Program-made: the position numbers and the translations under genes
Notes under the pieces: generated by a model
Told to the model about the DNA's origin: nothing
What the model saw: the letters and a program-made list of their open reading frames with translations, nothing else
Database searches by the model: none
Assembly (NCBI GenBank): GCA_041306525.1
Contig: JBFZFE010000063.1
Location: forward strand, 1 to 44,450
Source of the DNA: Verrucomicrobiota bacterium
GTDB taxonomy: Bacteria > Verrucomicrobiota > Verrucomicrobiia > Palsa-1439
DNA length: 44,450 bases
Direction: 5' to 3'
In this document: positions 43,629 through 44,450 of the stretch, in pieces
Position numbering within the stretch: the first letter of the stretch is position 1
How the letters are laid out: each line of letters opens with the position of its first letter

Positions 43629-43692
43629 TGTGGGAGCCGCGTCCCCGCTGCGATTCTGTCGGCCCGGTCGCGGCGGGGACGCCGCTCCCACA
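43629..43692 (-). promoter_or_regulatory. Long intercistronic stem-loop between pstS and pstC
   Basis: tgtgggagccgcgtccccgc (43629-43648) pairs with gcggggacgccgctcccaca (43673-43692): 19 of 20 positions are complementary around a 24-nt loop. On the transcribed strand it is followed by a partly T-rich tract (TTGTTGTTT). Confidence 0.7.
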
Positions 43693-43713
43693 ACAGCCGG
43701 TGAAGCATCCAGC

Positions 43714-44450
43714 CTACTCATGCACCTCGGGCGCCACCTGCTGGAGTTGTCCCAACGACAGATAGCCGTGTTTGATCACCAGTTGTTGTCCGCGCGGACT
43801 CAACAGAAAATCCACCACCGTCTTGGTCGCGCCGGTCGGCTCGCCGTTGGTGAGGAGATACAGCGGTCGACTCATCGGGTACTTGCGACCGGCGATATTC
43901 TTGGTGGTCGGTTCAATGACCTCGTCGCCGACTTTGATGCCAAGCGCGAACACGCGTTGTCCGTCGGCCCACGAAGCGGACAACTGCGACATCGCGCCGC
44001 GCGTGGACGCCACCTTGTTGCGCGCCTCCTCGTTGCCGCCCACTTCCGGGAAATTGGCCGGTGGAGCCGCCGCTGCGCTGCCGTAAGCCCAGTTGGCGAA
44101 CACCTCCCAGGTGCCGCGTCCCGGTTCCTTGTTGAAGAATGCAATGCGCCGGTCAAGACCGCCCACCTGTTTCCAGTTGGTGACCTTGCCTTCGTAAATC
44201 CCGCGCATCTGCTCGACGCTCAACGAACGTACGCCTGCCTCCCACACGTCCTTCGAAACGATCAACGCCACGGCATCCTCGCCAATCCGGATCGGCTGAA
44301 ATTTGACGCTCGGGAACTTCTTGCGGTCGCCATCCGTCAACGACTTCGAGCTCATCCCGATCTGCACGAGGCCCTCGCCCAGCATCGAGATACCGCCCGA
44401 ACTTCCACCCTGGGTGTCCACATGGATCTGCATCCCCTGCTCCGCCCGCA
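43714..44450 (-). CDS. pstS: Phosphate-binding protein PstS (partial; the N-terminus lies beyond the window end)
   Basis: Periplasmic-binding-protein pattern (GGSSGGI, VKFQPIRIGEDAVALIV). It lies upstream of pstCAB. The frame stays open from the track ATG (44433) to base 44450. Confidence 0.85.
   Translation of the reverse strand, partial: RAEQGMQIHVDTQGGSSGGISMLGEGLVQIGMSSKSLTDGDRKKFPSVKFQPIRIGEDAVALIVSKDVWEAGVRSLSVEQMRGIYEGKVTNWKQVGGLDRRIAFFNKEPGRGTWEVFANWAYGSAAAAPPANFPEVGGNEEARNKVASTRGAMSQLSASWADGQRVFALGIKVGDEVIEPTTKNIAGRKYPMSRPLYLLTNGEPTGATKTVVDFLLSPRGQQLVIKHGYLSLGQLQQVAPEVHE

Overview
High-GC (about 60%), gene-dense bacterial chromosomal window with about 50 CDS and 2 tRNAs. I saw no rRNA, CRISPR array, transposase, integrase or prophage signature. 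Gene content (leaderless sulfatase, TPR and Pro-rich proteins, MglA/MglB, FloA/NfeD) suggests a PVC-type or similar environmental Gram-negative, but that is inference only. Most of the window is housekeeping. On the minus strand: an argC-argJ-argB-argD-argF operon with a translationally coupled CDF transporter, rplM-rpsI, glgC, pyrF, trmB with tRNA-Phe, hisF-hisI-trpE, two tandem CNNM/CorC transporters, a parvulin PPIase, an NfeD-NfeD-FloA operon running on into a Pro-rich anchor protein, a leaderless sulfatase and an ArsC-family protein, panE, and pstSCAB. On the plus strand: glmS, ispE with tRNA-Gln, and a PAS histidine kinase with a NarL-type regulator. The stand-out region is 15.88-22.09 kb. 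It holds a stand-alone TPR plus GspE_N/MshEN-domain protein translationally coupled to an orphan type IV pilus ATPase PilB. This is followed by a 738-aa cytoplasmic protein with a duplicated unknown module, a Pro-rich linker, a ComEA-like helix-hairpin-helix and a C-terminal Roadblock/LC7 domain. Next come the Ras-like GTPase MglA (P-loop Ala21, C-terminal extension) and its GAP MglB. Both sub-operons are preceded by the same sigma-54-type element, TGGCAT-N5-CTGCTA. I regard this as a candidate undescribed PilB/MglAB polarity module, but novelty cannot be verified without database searches. Secondary items are a three-ORF cluster of unknown secreted proteins with a possible frameshift at a G5 run, a small heptad-repeat secreted protein overlapping pyrF convergently, and a 20-bp intercistronic hairpin between pstS and pstC.
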